From Adineta vaga (taxonomy: Eukaryota > Animalia > Rotifera), in assembly GCA_021613535.1 (NCBI GenBank), contig CP075497.1, positions 1,178,001 to 1,242,000 on the forward strand: a stretch of DNA of 64,000 bases, in the 5' to 3' direction. Positions 38,949 to 50,917 of this stretch are shown here, in pieces. The position numbers were made by a program, and so were the translations under genes. Numbering within the stretch: position 1 is the stretch's first letter; every line of letters starts with the position of its first letter. Under the pieces are notes generated by a model. It ran no database searches and was not told the DNA's origin. It worked only from the letters and a program-made list of their open reading frames with translations.

Positions 38949-38967
38949 CTCACACCCTCACCCTCAC
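38949..38967 (+). repeat. Half junction site G (C-rich arm only)
   Basis: ctCACACCCTCACCCTCAc, i.e. (TGAGGG)2TGTGAG on the minus strand; no G-rich partner arm upstream. Confidence 0.5.
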
Positions 38968-39139
38968 TAAACCGTTGATATGAATATATTCCACATTTTT
39001 CTTTCAGAGCTTTTCAAGACGTATCTTCTCGAGCAATAACCATGATTTCCTCATTTTCTGAACTCGAGATATAAAAAGGTGTCACACAACCTTCTCTTGA
39101 CCGGACAGCCATATGTAACCACTACGCTCGCATAGTAAA

Positions 39140-42100
39140 TGTTAATATGAAAAACATTGCATCAGTTCAATCATATGACACATGTCAAATGTTCATATGT
39201 TATCATGACTCATGATGTCAGATGTATATGATATCTTCTATCTCTTGCATCATGTAATCATGACGCATGATGACATGAGTCATGGAAACTGACCAGTATA
39301 AATACGCGCATGTATTTTCATATGGACGCATACAAACACCTACGCCATCTGTTCTTATCTTCTCTCTTATCTCTCTTATCTTTCTCTTCCTACTTTCTTA
39401 TTGTTATTATTTTCACCTTGTTAACGAATAAACAGAACTCACGAAGTTATACAACAAGAAAACTTACAATTGGCGACGAGATATATTTTTTTTCAACAAC
39501 TACGTTTATTCTGACAAGCAAATAATTACAATGACAACAGCAGCAACGAATTTCTCAACAATTCCAGCACTTCACTCATTTGATCATCGAAACTCAACAT
39601 GGCAATCATACCGGGATAGAATTAACTTCTATTTCAGAGCCAACAAGATCGTTGACAATGACGATAAGAAAGCTTTATTCCTATGGTCAGTTGGTGATTC
39701 AACTTATGGTTTGTTAGAATCATTAATGGCACCTGCTCTCCTGACCGATGAATATGTTAAATTCGTTGATCTAATTAAAAAATTAGATTCACATTATGAT
39801 GCAACAAGAAATATTATGACAGCAACGTATGAATTTTATTCATGTCATCAAAAACCAGGTCAACCATTTTCCGAATGGAAAGCCGAACTTTGTGAAAAAA
39901 TGCGTCATTGTGGTTTTAATTCATCAAAATTAAAAGATCGTCCTCAAGATCGTGCATTGCGAGATGCCTATGTTATTGGAGTGAACAATCCAAAAATAAG
40001 ACAAGCTCTTCTCAAGGAAGAGGATCCTGATCTTGCTGCTGCTGAAAGAATTATACAAGTAGCAGAACGTCTTGAACAAGACGTCCGACAATTCAATACA
40101 TCGAACAATACAAATCTTCCAATAGTGGCCAAGTTACAACAGAAGAAATCAACAAGTCAATATCCATCCCCGAATGGAAAATCATCTTCAGCAACCACAT
40201 CTGATTCTTGCCAATCATGTGGATCAACAGCGCATCCACGTAGTGAATGCAAATATCGTACATTTACTTGTAATTTCTGCAAAAGAACTGGTCATTTGGA
40301 ACGAGTATGTCAGAAGAAGAAGAATGGAAAGTATATACCAAAACAAAATTCAACCACGCACCAGTTGAAACGTGTGAAATGGAACAAATCCAACTCGACA
40401 CAATTGTCAATGTCACTTCGGATAAATGGTCAAGATTTTACTCTTGATGTAGATACAGGTTCTGATCATACAATTATTAGTACAAATGATTGGAAACAAC
40501 TTGGTTCACCAACAATTCGTACAACTTCATTGAAACTAGAATGTTATAGTGGTAAACAACTGGATATTCAAGGTGAATGTGATGTCCATGTACACTATAA
40601 CAAACAAGTTTTCAATCTCACAATGGTGGTAATCAAACGAACAAGAACACCGCTTCTTGGTCTTCGATGGATTTCATCAATGAAAATAGATTTGAATGGA
40701 TTGCTTTATGGTACAAACGGCACAAGTCAACAGGTGAACAAGGTGTATAGTCAGGTGAAACTGAACGAGATCCTGAACAAGCACAAACAAGTATTCAACA
40801 AGGACTTAGGCCATTGTACAAAAGTCAAAGCACATATACAACTGGTTCCCAATGCTGTACCGAAATTCTTCAAACCACGTCCTTTACCATTCGCATATTT
40901 AGATGGAGTGAAGGAAGAAATACAAAGAAATGTAACAAATGGAATTTTGGAGAAAATTGACATTTCACAATGGGCAGCACCAATAGTTCCAGTTCGTAAA
41001 CCTTCAGGAAAAATCCGCATCTGCGGAGATTTCAAGGTAACCATCAATTCACAAATGCTCGTGGATCAACATCCTATACCACCAATTGATGAACTTCTTA
41101 CCCGACTCAATAATGGTGAAAAATTTACAAAATTAGACTTGACAGATGCATATCTTCAAGTCGAACTCGATGACAGCAGCAAAGAATTGGTGGTTATAAA
41201 CACACCATTGGGCCTGTTCAAGTACAATCGGATGCCTTTTGGCATCTCAAATGCGCCTGCGATCTTCCAGCGCATAGTTGATCAAGTTCTTGCTGGTGTG
41301 CCAAACAGTATAGCATACTTAGACGACATATTAATCACTGGAAAAGATGAAAAAGAACATTTGGTAACATTGGATTTGGTTTTGGCAAAACTGGCCGATT
41401 TTGGTCTTCGGTGTAACATGGAAAAGTGTTCATTTTTCCAAGATGAAGTGGTCTATCTTGGTTATATAATCAATTCAAGTGGTAAACAACCCGATCCTAC
41501 TCGAGTTGTAGCAATTAAAAATTTACCAACACCAACTGATGTGAAACAAGTTGAAGCTTTCATCGGAAAAATTAACTATTATGGGAAATTCATTGCAAAT
41601 TTCTCGCATCTTTGTGCTCCATTGAATCGATTAAGACAAAACAATGTAAAATGGAAATGGGATAGTTCATGTCAAAAAGCTTTTGACACCTTAAAAAAGC
41701 AATTGGAAGAAACAACTATGCTGGTGCACTTCGATCAAAAACTCCCATTAATTCTCGCAACAGATGCAAGCAGTTATGGAATTGGAGCTGTATTGATGCA
41801 CAGATACGCCGATGGAACTGAAAAACCCATCGCACACGCATCGAAAACTCTCAATCCAGCTGAAAGAAATTACAGCCAGATAGAGAAAGAAGCACTTTCC
41901 ATCGTATATGGAATAAGAAAATTCCACCAATATCTGGCAGCAAAGTCTTTCGAATTGGTAACTGATCATAGACCTTTACTGGCAATCTTTAATCCAGCAA
42001 AAGGTATATCAATAACAACTGCAAATCGTCTTTCAAGATGGTCCATTGCATTGATGGGTTACAATTATACGATTAGATACAAACCTACACAACAACATGG

Positions 42101-43792
42101 TAATGCTGATGGTTTGTCAAGGTTACCTGCTGGTGAAGATAAATCATTTGTTGATGATGAATCCGTTCAAGTCAACCGAATTCAAGCTCAAGTTATTGAA
42201 GATGGTCCTGTTGATTCAAAGAAAATTCAAGCAGCTGTAGCTGCAGATGAACATCTTCATCTGATTAAAAATTTTTTATTGAATACATGGCCGAAATCAA
42301 TGTCAAAGAAAAACAATCCTGATCTTTTTCCATATTTTACAATACGGAAATCATTATCAGTAGCACATGGATGTATCTTGAAGGATACACAAGTAGTCAT
42401 ACCAAAATCATTACGACATCGTGTTATACAAATGATTCATCGTGGACATCTTGGTGTTATCAAAATGAAACAATTAGCACGTGTTCATTGCTGGTGGCCA
42501 AAGATGGAAATGGATATCGAAAACATGGCTAAGTCATGTAAAATATGTGCAGCAGCAGCACCTAAACCAAAAGAAGATTTCAAACCATGGCCAGAACCTG
42601 AACATAATTGGTCTCGTGTGCACATGGATTTTCTTGGACCTCTTTGGAACTCGAAATGGTTGGTAATGGTTGATGCAAAATCAAAATTTCCTTTTGTTGC
42701 AGATATGGGAAATGATACAAGTGCAAAGAATCTTTACAATGTACTCGAACAAGCCATCGATTGGTTAGGTCCACCGACAACATTGGTATCGGATAATGGA
42801 CCACCATTTACCAGTTTCGAAATGAATGAATTTTATAACAAGTATGGAATACAAAGTATCACCACAGCACCGTACCATCCTCCTAGCAATGGAATTGCTG
42901 AAAGATTTGTTAGATCTTTCAAGGAAGGTATGATCAAGGAACAACAATCAGGTCAAACAAATAAATCAGTTGCATTACGAAATGTTTTACGAACCTATCG
43001 TTGGACACCTCATACAACAACTGGTATTGCTCCAGCTGAAGCACTTTTTCAAAGACCAATTCGAACGGATCTTGCACGACTACATCCAAATTTAACAAAA
43101 TCAAAACCAACACAAATAAGCAAATATGATCTTGAACAAGAAATTTGGGTGATGAACCACAAACAGAACAAAAAATTTGAATGGAAATCAGGAGTTATCA
43201 AGAAAAGAATAGGTTCAATGATGTATCAAATTGAATTGCAAAATGGACACACTTGTGTGCGACATCAAAATCAACTTCGATTACGTCAAGAACCAGACAA
43301 CCAATCAATTGATTTAGATGCTTTACCAGATGATCTTTTGAACTACAACAACCCAACAACTTCTGATCAACAACAAACACCTCAACAATCACCCCGTTAC
43401 CCACGGCGGCAACGGCGACCACCTGATCGTTATGCACCGTCGTAACAATTTTAAAGGCAGAGGTGTTAATATGAAAAACATTGCATCAGTTCAATCATAT
43501 GACACATGTCAAATGTTCATATGTTATCATGACTCATGATGTCAGATGTATATGATATCTTCTATCTCTTGCATCATGTAATCATGACGCATGATGACAT
43601 GAGTCATGGAAACTGACCAGTATAAATACGCGCATGTATTTTCATATGGACGCATACAAACACCTACGCCATCTGTTCTTATCTTCTCTCTTATCTCTCT
43701 TATCTTTCTCTTCCTACTTTCTTATTGTTATTATTTTCACCTTGTTAACGAATAAACAGAACTCACGAAGTTATACAACAAGAAAACTTACA
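39140..43792 (+). mobile_element. Complete Ty3/Gypsy (Mag-like) LTR retrotransposon
   Basis: 329-bp TG...CA LTRs at 39140-39468 and 43464-43792 that look identical by eye. 5-bp TSD gtaaa, PBS TGGCGACGAG at 39471 (complementary to a tRNA-Ser(GCU)-type 3' end), and PPT aaaggcagagg. Confidence 0.97.
39531..43445 (+). CDS. Gag-Pol polyprotein (2 CCHC knuckles, protease, RT, RNase H, integrase), 1304 aa
   Basis: CQSCGSTAHPRSEC and CNFCKRTGHLERVC; DVDTGSD; YLDDILI; TDASSYGIGAVL; HRGHLG...CKIC; SDNGPPF and NGIAERFV. Confidence 0.96.
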   Translation: MTTAATNFSTIPALHSFDHRNSTWQSYRDRINFYFRANKIVDNDDKKALFLWSVGDSTYGLLESLMAPALLTDEYVKFVDLIKKLDSHYDATRNIMTATYEFYSCHQKPGQPFSEWKAELCEKMRHCGFNSSKLKDRPQDRALRDAYVIGVNNPKIRQALLKEEDPDLAAAERIIQVAERLEQDVRQFNTSNNTNLPIVAKLQQKKSTSQYPSPNGKSSSATTSDSCQSCGSTAHPRSECKYRTFTCNFCKRTGHLERVCQKKKNGKYIPKQNSTTHQLKRVKWNKSNSTQLSMSLRINGQDFTLDVDTGSDHTIISTNDWKQLGSPTIRTTSLKLECYSGKQLDIQGECDVHVHYNKQVFNLTMVVIKRTRTPLLGLRWISSMKIDLNGLLYGTNGTSQQVNKVYSQVKLNEILNKHKQVFNKDLGHCTKVKAHIQLVPNAVPKFFKPRPLPFAYLDGVKEEIQRNVTNGILEKIDISQWAAPIVPVRKPSGKIRICGDFKVTINSQMLVDQHPIPPIDELLTRLNNGEKFTKLDLTDAYLQVELDDSSKELVVINTPLGLFKYNRMPFGISNAPAIFQRIVDQVLAGVPNSIAYLDDILITGKDEKEHLVTLDLVLAKLADFGLRCNMEKCSFFQDEVVYLGYIINSSGKQPDPTRVVAIKNLPTPTDVKQVEAFIGKINYYGKFIANFSHLCAPLNRLRQNNVKWKWDSSCQKAFDTLKKQLEETTMLVHFDQKLPLILATDASSYGIGAVLMHRYADGTEKPIAHASKTLNPAERNYSQIEKEALSIVYGIRKFHQYLAAKSFELVTDHRPLLAIFNPAKGISITTANRLSRWSIALMGYNYTIRYKPTQQHGNADGLSRLPAGEDKSFVDDESVQVNRIQAQVIEDGPVDSKKIQAAVAADEHLHLIKNFLLNTWPKSMSKKNNPDLFPYFTIRKSLSVAHGCILKDTQVVIPKSLRHRVIQMIHRGHLGVIKMKQLARVHCWWPKMEMDIENMAKSCKICAAAAPKPKEDFKPWPEPEHNWSRVHMDFLGPLWNSKWLVMVDAKSKFPFVADMGNDTSAKNLYNVLEQAIDWLGPPTTLVSDNGPPFTSFEMNEFYNKYGIQSITTAPYHPPSNGIAERFVRSFKEGMIKEQQSGQTNKSVALRNVLRTYRWTPHTTTGIAPAEALFQRPIRTDLARLHPNLTKSKPTQISKYDLEQEIWVMNHKQNKKFEWKSGVIKKRIGSMMYQIELQNGHTCVRHQNQLRLRQEPDNQSIDLDALPDDLLNYNNPTTSDQQQTPQQSPRYPRRQRRPPDRYAPS

Positions 43793-44380
43793 GTAAAGAA
43801 GTTAAATACATGAGTAAACATTTCCCCCGTTTCTCTGATCACCTTCAGCCATGTCAGGCCCCGTTTCGCCACTGGTAAAAGTCGGAGTCAGACTCGGCGA
43901 GAACGTCATACTGTCTCCATAAATTATCGAGATATATCTTACATTATCATCTCTTTCTATTACGCCATATATTGTATATTTATAAACAACATACATATAG
44001 AAAGCAAATAAGATAGTTAAAACTCACTTGATAGACTTCCTTCCATTCCTTTCGTTCAGAGTATAAGCAAAATCAGTCATTCGCTAATCTAACGATTCGT
44101 TTTTCGTTATATCAGTACTTATTAATTCATTGAATACACGATTTTTTGCCATCTCAATAGTAAGAGCGATCGTCATTGTGGAAACGATCAGTCTAACTAC
44201 AATGATCGATTATCTACAGTTTTATCTACTTTAATGCCTATTTCAATTCTTTCCAATCCATCATCCTCGTCATCATATTTTCATTTCCGACATATTCTCG
44301 TTGCCTACGTCCGTTCCCACACTTTTCTAAAAGTAAACCAATAAAACTACGTCAGAATTCTCAAAAAAAAGAAAAGAAGA

Positions 44381-45970
44381 ATCTTAACGTTAGTCCCGCT
44401 GAGTGCGCGGGTAATTCTATAAAAAAGCAAAAATAAAATAAAAATAAAAATCTTAACGTTAGTCCCGCTGAGTGCGCGGGTAATTCTATAAAAAAGCAAA
44501 AATAAAATAAAAATAAAAATCTTAACGTTAGTCCCGCCGAGTGCGCGGGTAATACTATAAAAAAGCAAAAATAAAATAAAAACAAAAATCTTAACGTTAG
44601 TCCCGCCGAGTGCGCGGGTAATACTATAAAAAAGCAAAAATAAAATAAAAATAAAAATCTTAACGTTAGTCCCGCCGAGTGCGCGGGTAATACTATAAAA
44701 AAGCAAAAATAAAATAAAAATAAAAATCTTAACGTTAGTCCCGCCGAGTGCGCGGGTAATACTATAAAAAAGCAAAAATAAAATAAAAATAAAAATCTTA
44801 ACGTTAGTCCCGCCGAGTGCGCGGGTAATACTATAAAAAAGCAAAAATAAAATAAAAATAAAAATCTTAACGTTAGTCCCGCTGAGTGCGCGGGTAATTC
44901 TATAAAAAAGCAAAAATAAAATAAAAATAAAAATCTTAACGTTAGTCCCGCCGAGTGCGCGGGTAATACTATAAAAAAGCAAAAATAAAATAAAAATAAA
45001 AATCTTAACGTTAGTCCCGCCGAGTGCGCGGGTAATACTATAAAAAAGCAAAAATAAAATAAAAATAAAAATCTTAACGTTAGTCCCGCCGAGTGCGCGG
45101 GTAATACTATAAAAAAGCAAAAATAAAATAAAAATAAAAATCTTAACGTTAGTCCCGCCGAGTGCGCGGGTAATACTATAAAAAAGCAAAAATAAAATAA
45201 AAATAAAAATCTTAACGTTAGTCCCGCCGAGTGCGCGGGTAATACTATAAAAAAGCAAAAATAAAATAAAAATAAAAATCTTAACGTTAGTCCCGCCGAG
45301 TGCGCGGGTAATACTATAAAAAAGCAAAAATAAAATAAAAATAAAAATCTTAACGTTAGTCCCGCCGAGTGCGCGGGTAATACTATAAAAAAGCAAAAAT
45401 AAAATAAAAATAAAAATCTTAACGTTAGTCCCGCCGAGTGCGCGGGTAATACTATAAAAAAGCAAAAATAAAATAAAAATAAAAATCTTAACGTTAGTCC
45501 CGCCGAGTGCGCGGGTAATACTATAAAAAAGCAAAAATAAAATAAAAATAAAAATCTTAACGTTAGTCCCGCTGAGTGCGCGGGTAATACTATAAAAAAG
45601 CAAAAATAAAATAAAAATAAAAATCTTAACGTTAGTCCCGCCGAGTGCGCGGGTAATACTATAAAAAAGCAAAAATAAAATAAAAACAAAAATCTTAACG
45701 TTAGTCCCGCCGAGTGCGCGGGTAATACTATAAAAAAGCAAAAATAAAATAAAAATAAAAATCTTAACGTTAGTCCCGCCGAGTGCGCGGGTAATACTAT
45801 AAAAAAGCAAAAATAAAATAAAAATAAAAATCTTAACGTTAGTCCCGCCGAGTGCGCGGGTAATACTATAAAAAAGCAAAAATAAAATAAAAATAAAAAT
45901 CTTAACGTTAGTCCCGCCGAGTGCGCGGGTAATACTATAAAAAAGCAAAAATGAAATAAAAATAAAATAA
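44381..45970. repeat. 69-bp tandem array, 23 copies, each with a GC hairpin
   Basis: Unit atcttaacgttagtCCCGCcgagtgcGCGGGtaatactataaaaaagcaaaaataaaataaaaataaaa. Unit starts run from 44381 to 45899 (22 x 69), followed by a degenerate copy. Confidence 0.95.
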
Positions 45971-48900
45971 AAGCATTCTTGTAGTCCACCTTTCGGCGAG
46001 TGCCGCGAGACATTTCCTATAAAGCAAAATAAAAATAAGTTAAAAGCAATCACCTGGTCCTCCACTCGCTAAGTTGAGGCATAGGTCCCTTGATAAAGAA
46101 GTGTTAGATGTTTTGTATTATCCTCCAATGAAGTCGCGAGAATGAAATATCATTTTAGTGTATAAGTGATGAGTTAATAGTTTTTGTTAAGCGTTATGTG
46201 AATTATGTGGCCGACTGCACTTGAGTCGAGAAAAGTATGAATGCAGCAATGGTTTTTAGGTGAATCGGATAGCGATACGAGGCGTCCATAAGAGGAAGGA
46301 TGAAAGTAGAAATCGCTGTCTTTTTTTGTTTTTATTATATGCTGCGCCCGTTGTTTTGAAAGAGTGGTTAGTCAAGTAATAGGAACGTTATCATACATAT
46401 TGTGTGAAAGGCTGTTAGTATCAATAAGAACGTTTCTTGTTTTGAGAATCTTTCGTGTGGGTTTCTGAAGTTGTTCTGTGTGAGATTATAATGTGTTTTT
46501 GAAACGATGGTGGTGGATGAAGTGCGTAATATCATCTGACTATGCGTATTTACCTTAGTGTATAGTTTGTGTGCGCAATTTTCGAAAGATTCACTTGAAT
46601 GCGCACAATGATAACGACTAAGATAAATACGATGAAGGGTCCAAAATAAAGGGAAAGGAAAGAAAAATGACGAAGAAGCTTCTCGAAATGGTTGAAGTTA
46701 AAAAAAAACGTTTGATTTTGAATTAGGGTTGTTTTCGAAACGATGCACTCTGTATTATAGATTGATTACTTTCTGTAATCTCTGCTGTCTTGGTAGAATA
46801 ATAATTATATTACAGAAAGTGTGTTGAAGTTTAAGTCAAGAAATAAAATAGTAGAGTTTTGTCAAATTGTACCTGAATTTGATGGGATGATATTGAAATT
46901 GATTAGAATAAAGTAGTTTCTTATAATTGAGAGACAGACTTGTGATAGAGAAATTTATGGGATTTCGAATATTTCAGCACTTGTGTTAGATTCCACTCTA
47001 CCGGTTAATTGTATTCGGTCAGATATGCAAGGAGATTGGCTCCGGTCATCAATAATTAATGAGATGGAATAGAATCACCGTCAAAATATCATGTATAGGA
47101 TTGTCTAGTCTACCATAACGTCCTTTCTATATTGGTGCTGTTAAAATTTCCTAACATTTAGGTTAACCAAAAATGTTGTGGTATTCGTTGGGGAGTACAA
47201 CTCTAACTTGCGTATGCTTCTCATAAATAGTGCTGTATCAAAGGAAAGTATTTCAAAACAAACTAAGATAATGACAATAAAAGGCACAGTAATGTGAGTT
47301 TTTATGTTTGTTTGTTTCTTACCTTTCTATCAATACACGGATTATCGTTCGATGGATCGAGTAACAATATAACTGAACAAAGTACGACATCAAATTTCTG
47401 TGACATCTGTACGACTATGTATGAAGCATTTGAGTAGTTTTCTTCAGTAACTGTTCGTTTACTGACCTGAAACTCAATATGAAGTAAGTGATCAAGCGTA
47501 TCATGTTGATAGAAAGAAAAAAAGAAGTGCATAACTTATTTGGTCCATGTGCTTCTATCAAGAAAAGAAAAGAAAGTAAACGAACATGCAGACATATTTG
47601 GATGAAGATTCTTTTCCACTGTCGAAACGCATGCTATATCAGAGACAAGAAAAATTTTCTAAACTTCTTTGCACTACCATGATGTTACCGATTGCACAGA
47701 GTACAGGTCATGGTCATAGTCATTAACTTTCTGAATATTTCTCAAAAATATGATGATGCAGCGGGAAAAAAAACAAGATAAAAATTATATTATAATAAAA
47801 AGTGAAGGATGCTTCATCACAATATAAAAGCACTTTATGTCATGCTTTTCTGATCATCATTCATTACCTATGATAAAAAGAAATAATGACAGCTTTCTGT
47901 CCTCACTACTGTTGAATGTAATTATTCGAATATAAAGGAAAGCTTATTGACAGTAATGGCATGATAATTATTCGCTCGTTACCTGTATATCATATTCAAC
48001 TGTCAGAATGAATGCAAGTGCATTCATATAATATGAAAAACATTCGATACCTTGTTTATATTCAAAAAAAAACATTTCAAGATATAATCGTACATAAAAA
48101 ACATTAACAAGGCTTATGTTGAAAAAATTATGTCTGAACATTGTTTCTCGCTCATTAATATAAAAATCATTAACTTTGTTTTCTTCTCACAATATTTGTC
48201 GAAAACTTGATTTGTAAGGCGTGACCTTTGACCTACGACAGACAGACAAGCCGCATCTTCTTTTTTTTCATCCTACTCTCCCTACATTCCAGGGAACAAT
48301 ATATTGTATTCGTCTCTGTGGATGCCAGAAGAAAATTTTAGGAAAGATTACTAGCGACCTATTCTCGTATGGACGTGTTCTGTTGCCGAAATTTTAGTAC
48401 TACGACTTGTCCAAACGTAATGTTGTGTGATTTTGACCGAATATCTTTCAATTTTCTTGAGAAATATAAAAGCTGGAGCGCTCGGTCGAACGCTTTAGGA
48501 TACAGCTTATTGAACTCTATACATATTAGAAAAATTAATGGTTTCAATTCCAGTCTAGGGTCTACGCAAATGCTTTATGGTCACGTAACGCCGTGACATA
48601 AAAGGACTCTAAACTTGCAACACAAAAACCGAAAGCAAACAGCTCATTGTGTAGAGAATGAAATTGCGTGTCGAATGGTATGCTTAATGATGTGTTTTGA
48701 GAAAAGTTTCTGCTTAGAAAATGGAACACACGATTTTCAAGAACTTAAGATTCTGATTTGTTGCATAAAAAGCCCAGTTTTTCACAAAATAATCGATGAA
48801 GCGTGATGAAATATTTCAGTGACAGATAAACAACAATGCATTATTAGAGTCTTCCACCATGCATGAATAAAAAGGAAAGTGAGAGAAAGAATGACGTAAA

Positions 48901-50855
48901 GATATTTACGCATTAGTATTTATCACTGATCTGAGGATGGTATGATGCACTGCGATGTTTGTTTCTTTTTGTTTTTAATTTCATATGATGATATGCTTAT
49001 ACGTCGATAAATAAAAATAACTGAAGTTTTGAATGTATATTCGTTGTTGGGTAGTAATGTTAAAGAAATATAAATATGATTTGTATATTTATAAAATAAT
49101 GCGATATAATGAGTTTTTTTCTGGAACCAATAAATAAACAAATGTGTAATATAAGAACAAGACGTAGTAGAAAAAAGGTTTATTGCATAAAATGTTTGTA
49201 TCAGTCCCAAAGATAATTTATACATAGGAATGAGAAAGGAAAACAATTCTAAGGTAGATTTTATTTTGTATAGTTTTGTTTCATAGTGAGAATCTTGGCT
49301 TAATTATTATGTGAAACTTAAATATTGAAAAAAAGTTTGTAATCAATTCATGCTGGTAATCCTTTTCGATTCATAATTACTTAAAAATGGCTCAAAATAG
49401 TTCGATTGATCTGATGTGAGTAAGATTCCGACTTTCATTGCAGCTATCTTACATAGCGAATAAACTGATTTCTGCAGTATTTCATAGAATATACGTACTA
49501 GTTTACGATTATTTTATGACTTAATGAATGAAGCTCAACTACAAATGTTGAGACTTTTTAATTCTAGCGAGTATAGAAATATATTGGCTGTAGGTGTTTG
49601 ACGATTTCGTTGAAATCCTTCGTTAATTTATCGATATATTCTATAATGGAGCTTATAGTACTTTTCAACACAGACCTTAACAATATAAAAAGGCTAGTTA
49701 ATGACAGAATCATAGACGTTTTCATTTGAATATTGTTATATTTTTGCGATTAGATGTTGTTCATTATGTGTACATGTTAAAAAACGTTATTTTGTGGTTT
49801 CAGTTTTGTTGAGTTTGCACGGTTTAGAACTTCACATGTATACTTAAATAATTATAGTCAAACAGAATACTCTGTTCTCACTTGCTATAGAATCACGAAC
49901 GGAAATTTACTCAATCTAAGAATTATATACGTATTTGAGATTATCTAGGTGAAATTTATATAAGATTTTACATGCGCAGCAGGGTGTTATGATGCACAAA
50001 TGTCAAAACTCAAAAGTTTCGATAAAAATCAAGTTTTCTATCAAATAATCCCGATAGAGGAATGACTAACGGCACCTATGTATAGATAACTCATTTTTTG
50101 TTATCTTTTTCTTATTTAGATGTAAGGAGTTATCCAGTAGATAATTAATGACGTAGTCATTACGACAACTCACCTTTCCACATAATATTGCGATTGATGT
50201 ATGTAACAACGAACATCTGACCATTTTTGCGTCCTGTTAATATCACGGTTGAATAATCACAAAAACGCAACACTGCATATAAAAAGCCCTGATCTTGTAT
50301 GCATTTGTAGTTAGTTTGTTTTTTATCCAGAAGTAAGAACTAACTGTCGCTTAAGAAGTCAAAGTATAAGTAAGTAATACATCCTGCGCATACGATTCTT
50401 TCTCGTCCCTCTTCCCATAAAAACAAAAACGTTATAAAATATTGACGTTCCCAAGATTTTATATTTATTCTGGTTTTATATACACGAAAATATTTCTATG
50501 TAACAGCTTTGTATTTTTTAAGATTATAGCCAACTAAAATTCCGTTTTTAACTGAAAGTGATGTGACATTATACAAAACTTAACATCATGGAGAAATAGT
50601 ATGTTTTAATGAAATATTTGCTAAATATAAGAGATGTAAGTAGATCGGCTGAGCCATCCATATCCTCGTAGCACAAAATAGTTGATGCACTTATAAAAGA
50701 GTTTTAATCTCTAAAAGTATTCTCGAGTGTGTTTTTGTAGAGTAAGATTTAAGAAAACGCTCCTTGTTGTAATATAGTTGTCTGAAACATATTCATCGAA
50801 TGTATTTTCTTGATAAATACTTTGATAGCAAAATATTCCATCGAAATATTTAGTC

Positions 50856-50917
50856 ATCTTGAAGGCGGATGAGGATGTGGGTTGATCATATTACTGATGC
50901 TCACACCTACACCCTTC
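50856..50917 (-). repeat. Telomere-like palindromic junction site H
   Basis: atcttGAAGGcgGATGAGGATGTGGGt...gCTCACACCTACACCCTTC, about 400 bp upstream of the next gene. Confidence 0.65.

Noticed and set aside
43800-43920. GC-rich patch next to the 3' LTR considered as a ribozyme or ncRNA
   Set aside because: No hammerhead CTGATGA...GAAA core or tRNA fold found; probably a decayed coding fragment interrupted by the LTR element.
31571-45970. CRISPR-like appearance of the 53-bp and 69-bp arrays
   Set aside because: The units are contiguous and near-identical, with no unique spacers and no cas genes, in a eukaryotic context.
44347-46065. 572-aa and 550-aa minus-strand ORFs
   Set aside because: Artefacts of a stop-free 69-bp (3 x 23) tandem repeat; two overlapping frames are open and there is no domain content.
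46040-50800. Possible decayed gene or Helitron interior, including a hairpin gtcacg...cgtgac at ~48580
   Set aside because: No Rep/helicase motifs, no CTRR terminus after the hairpin, and only short unsupported ORFs.
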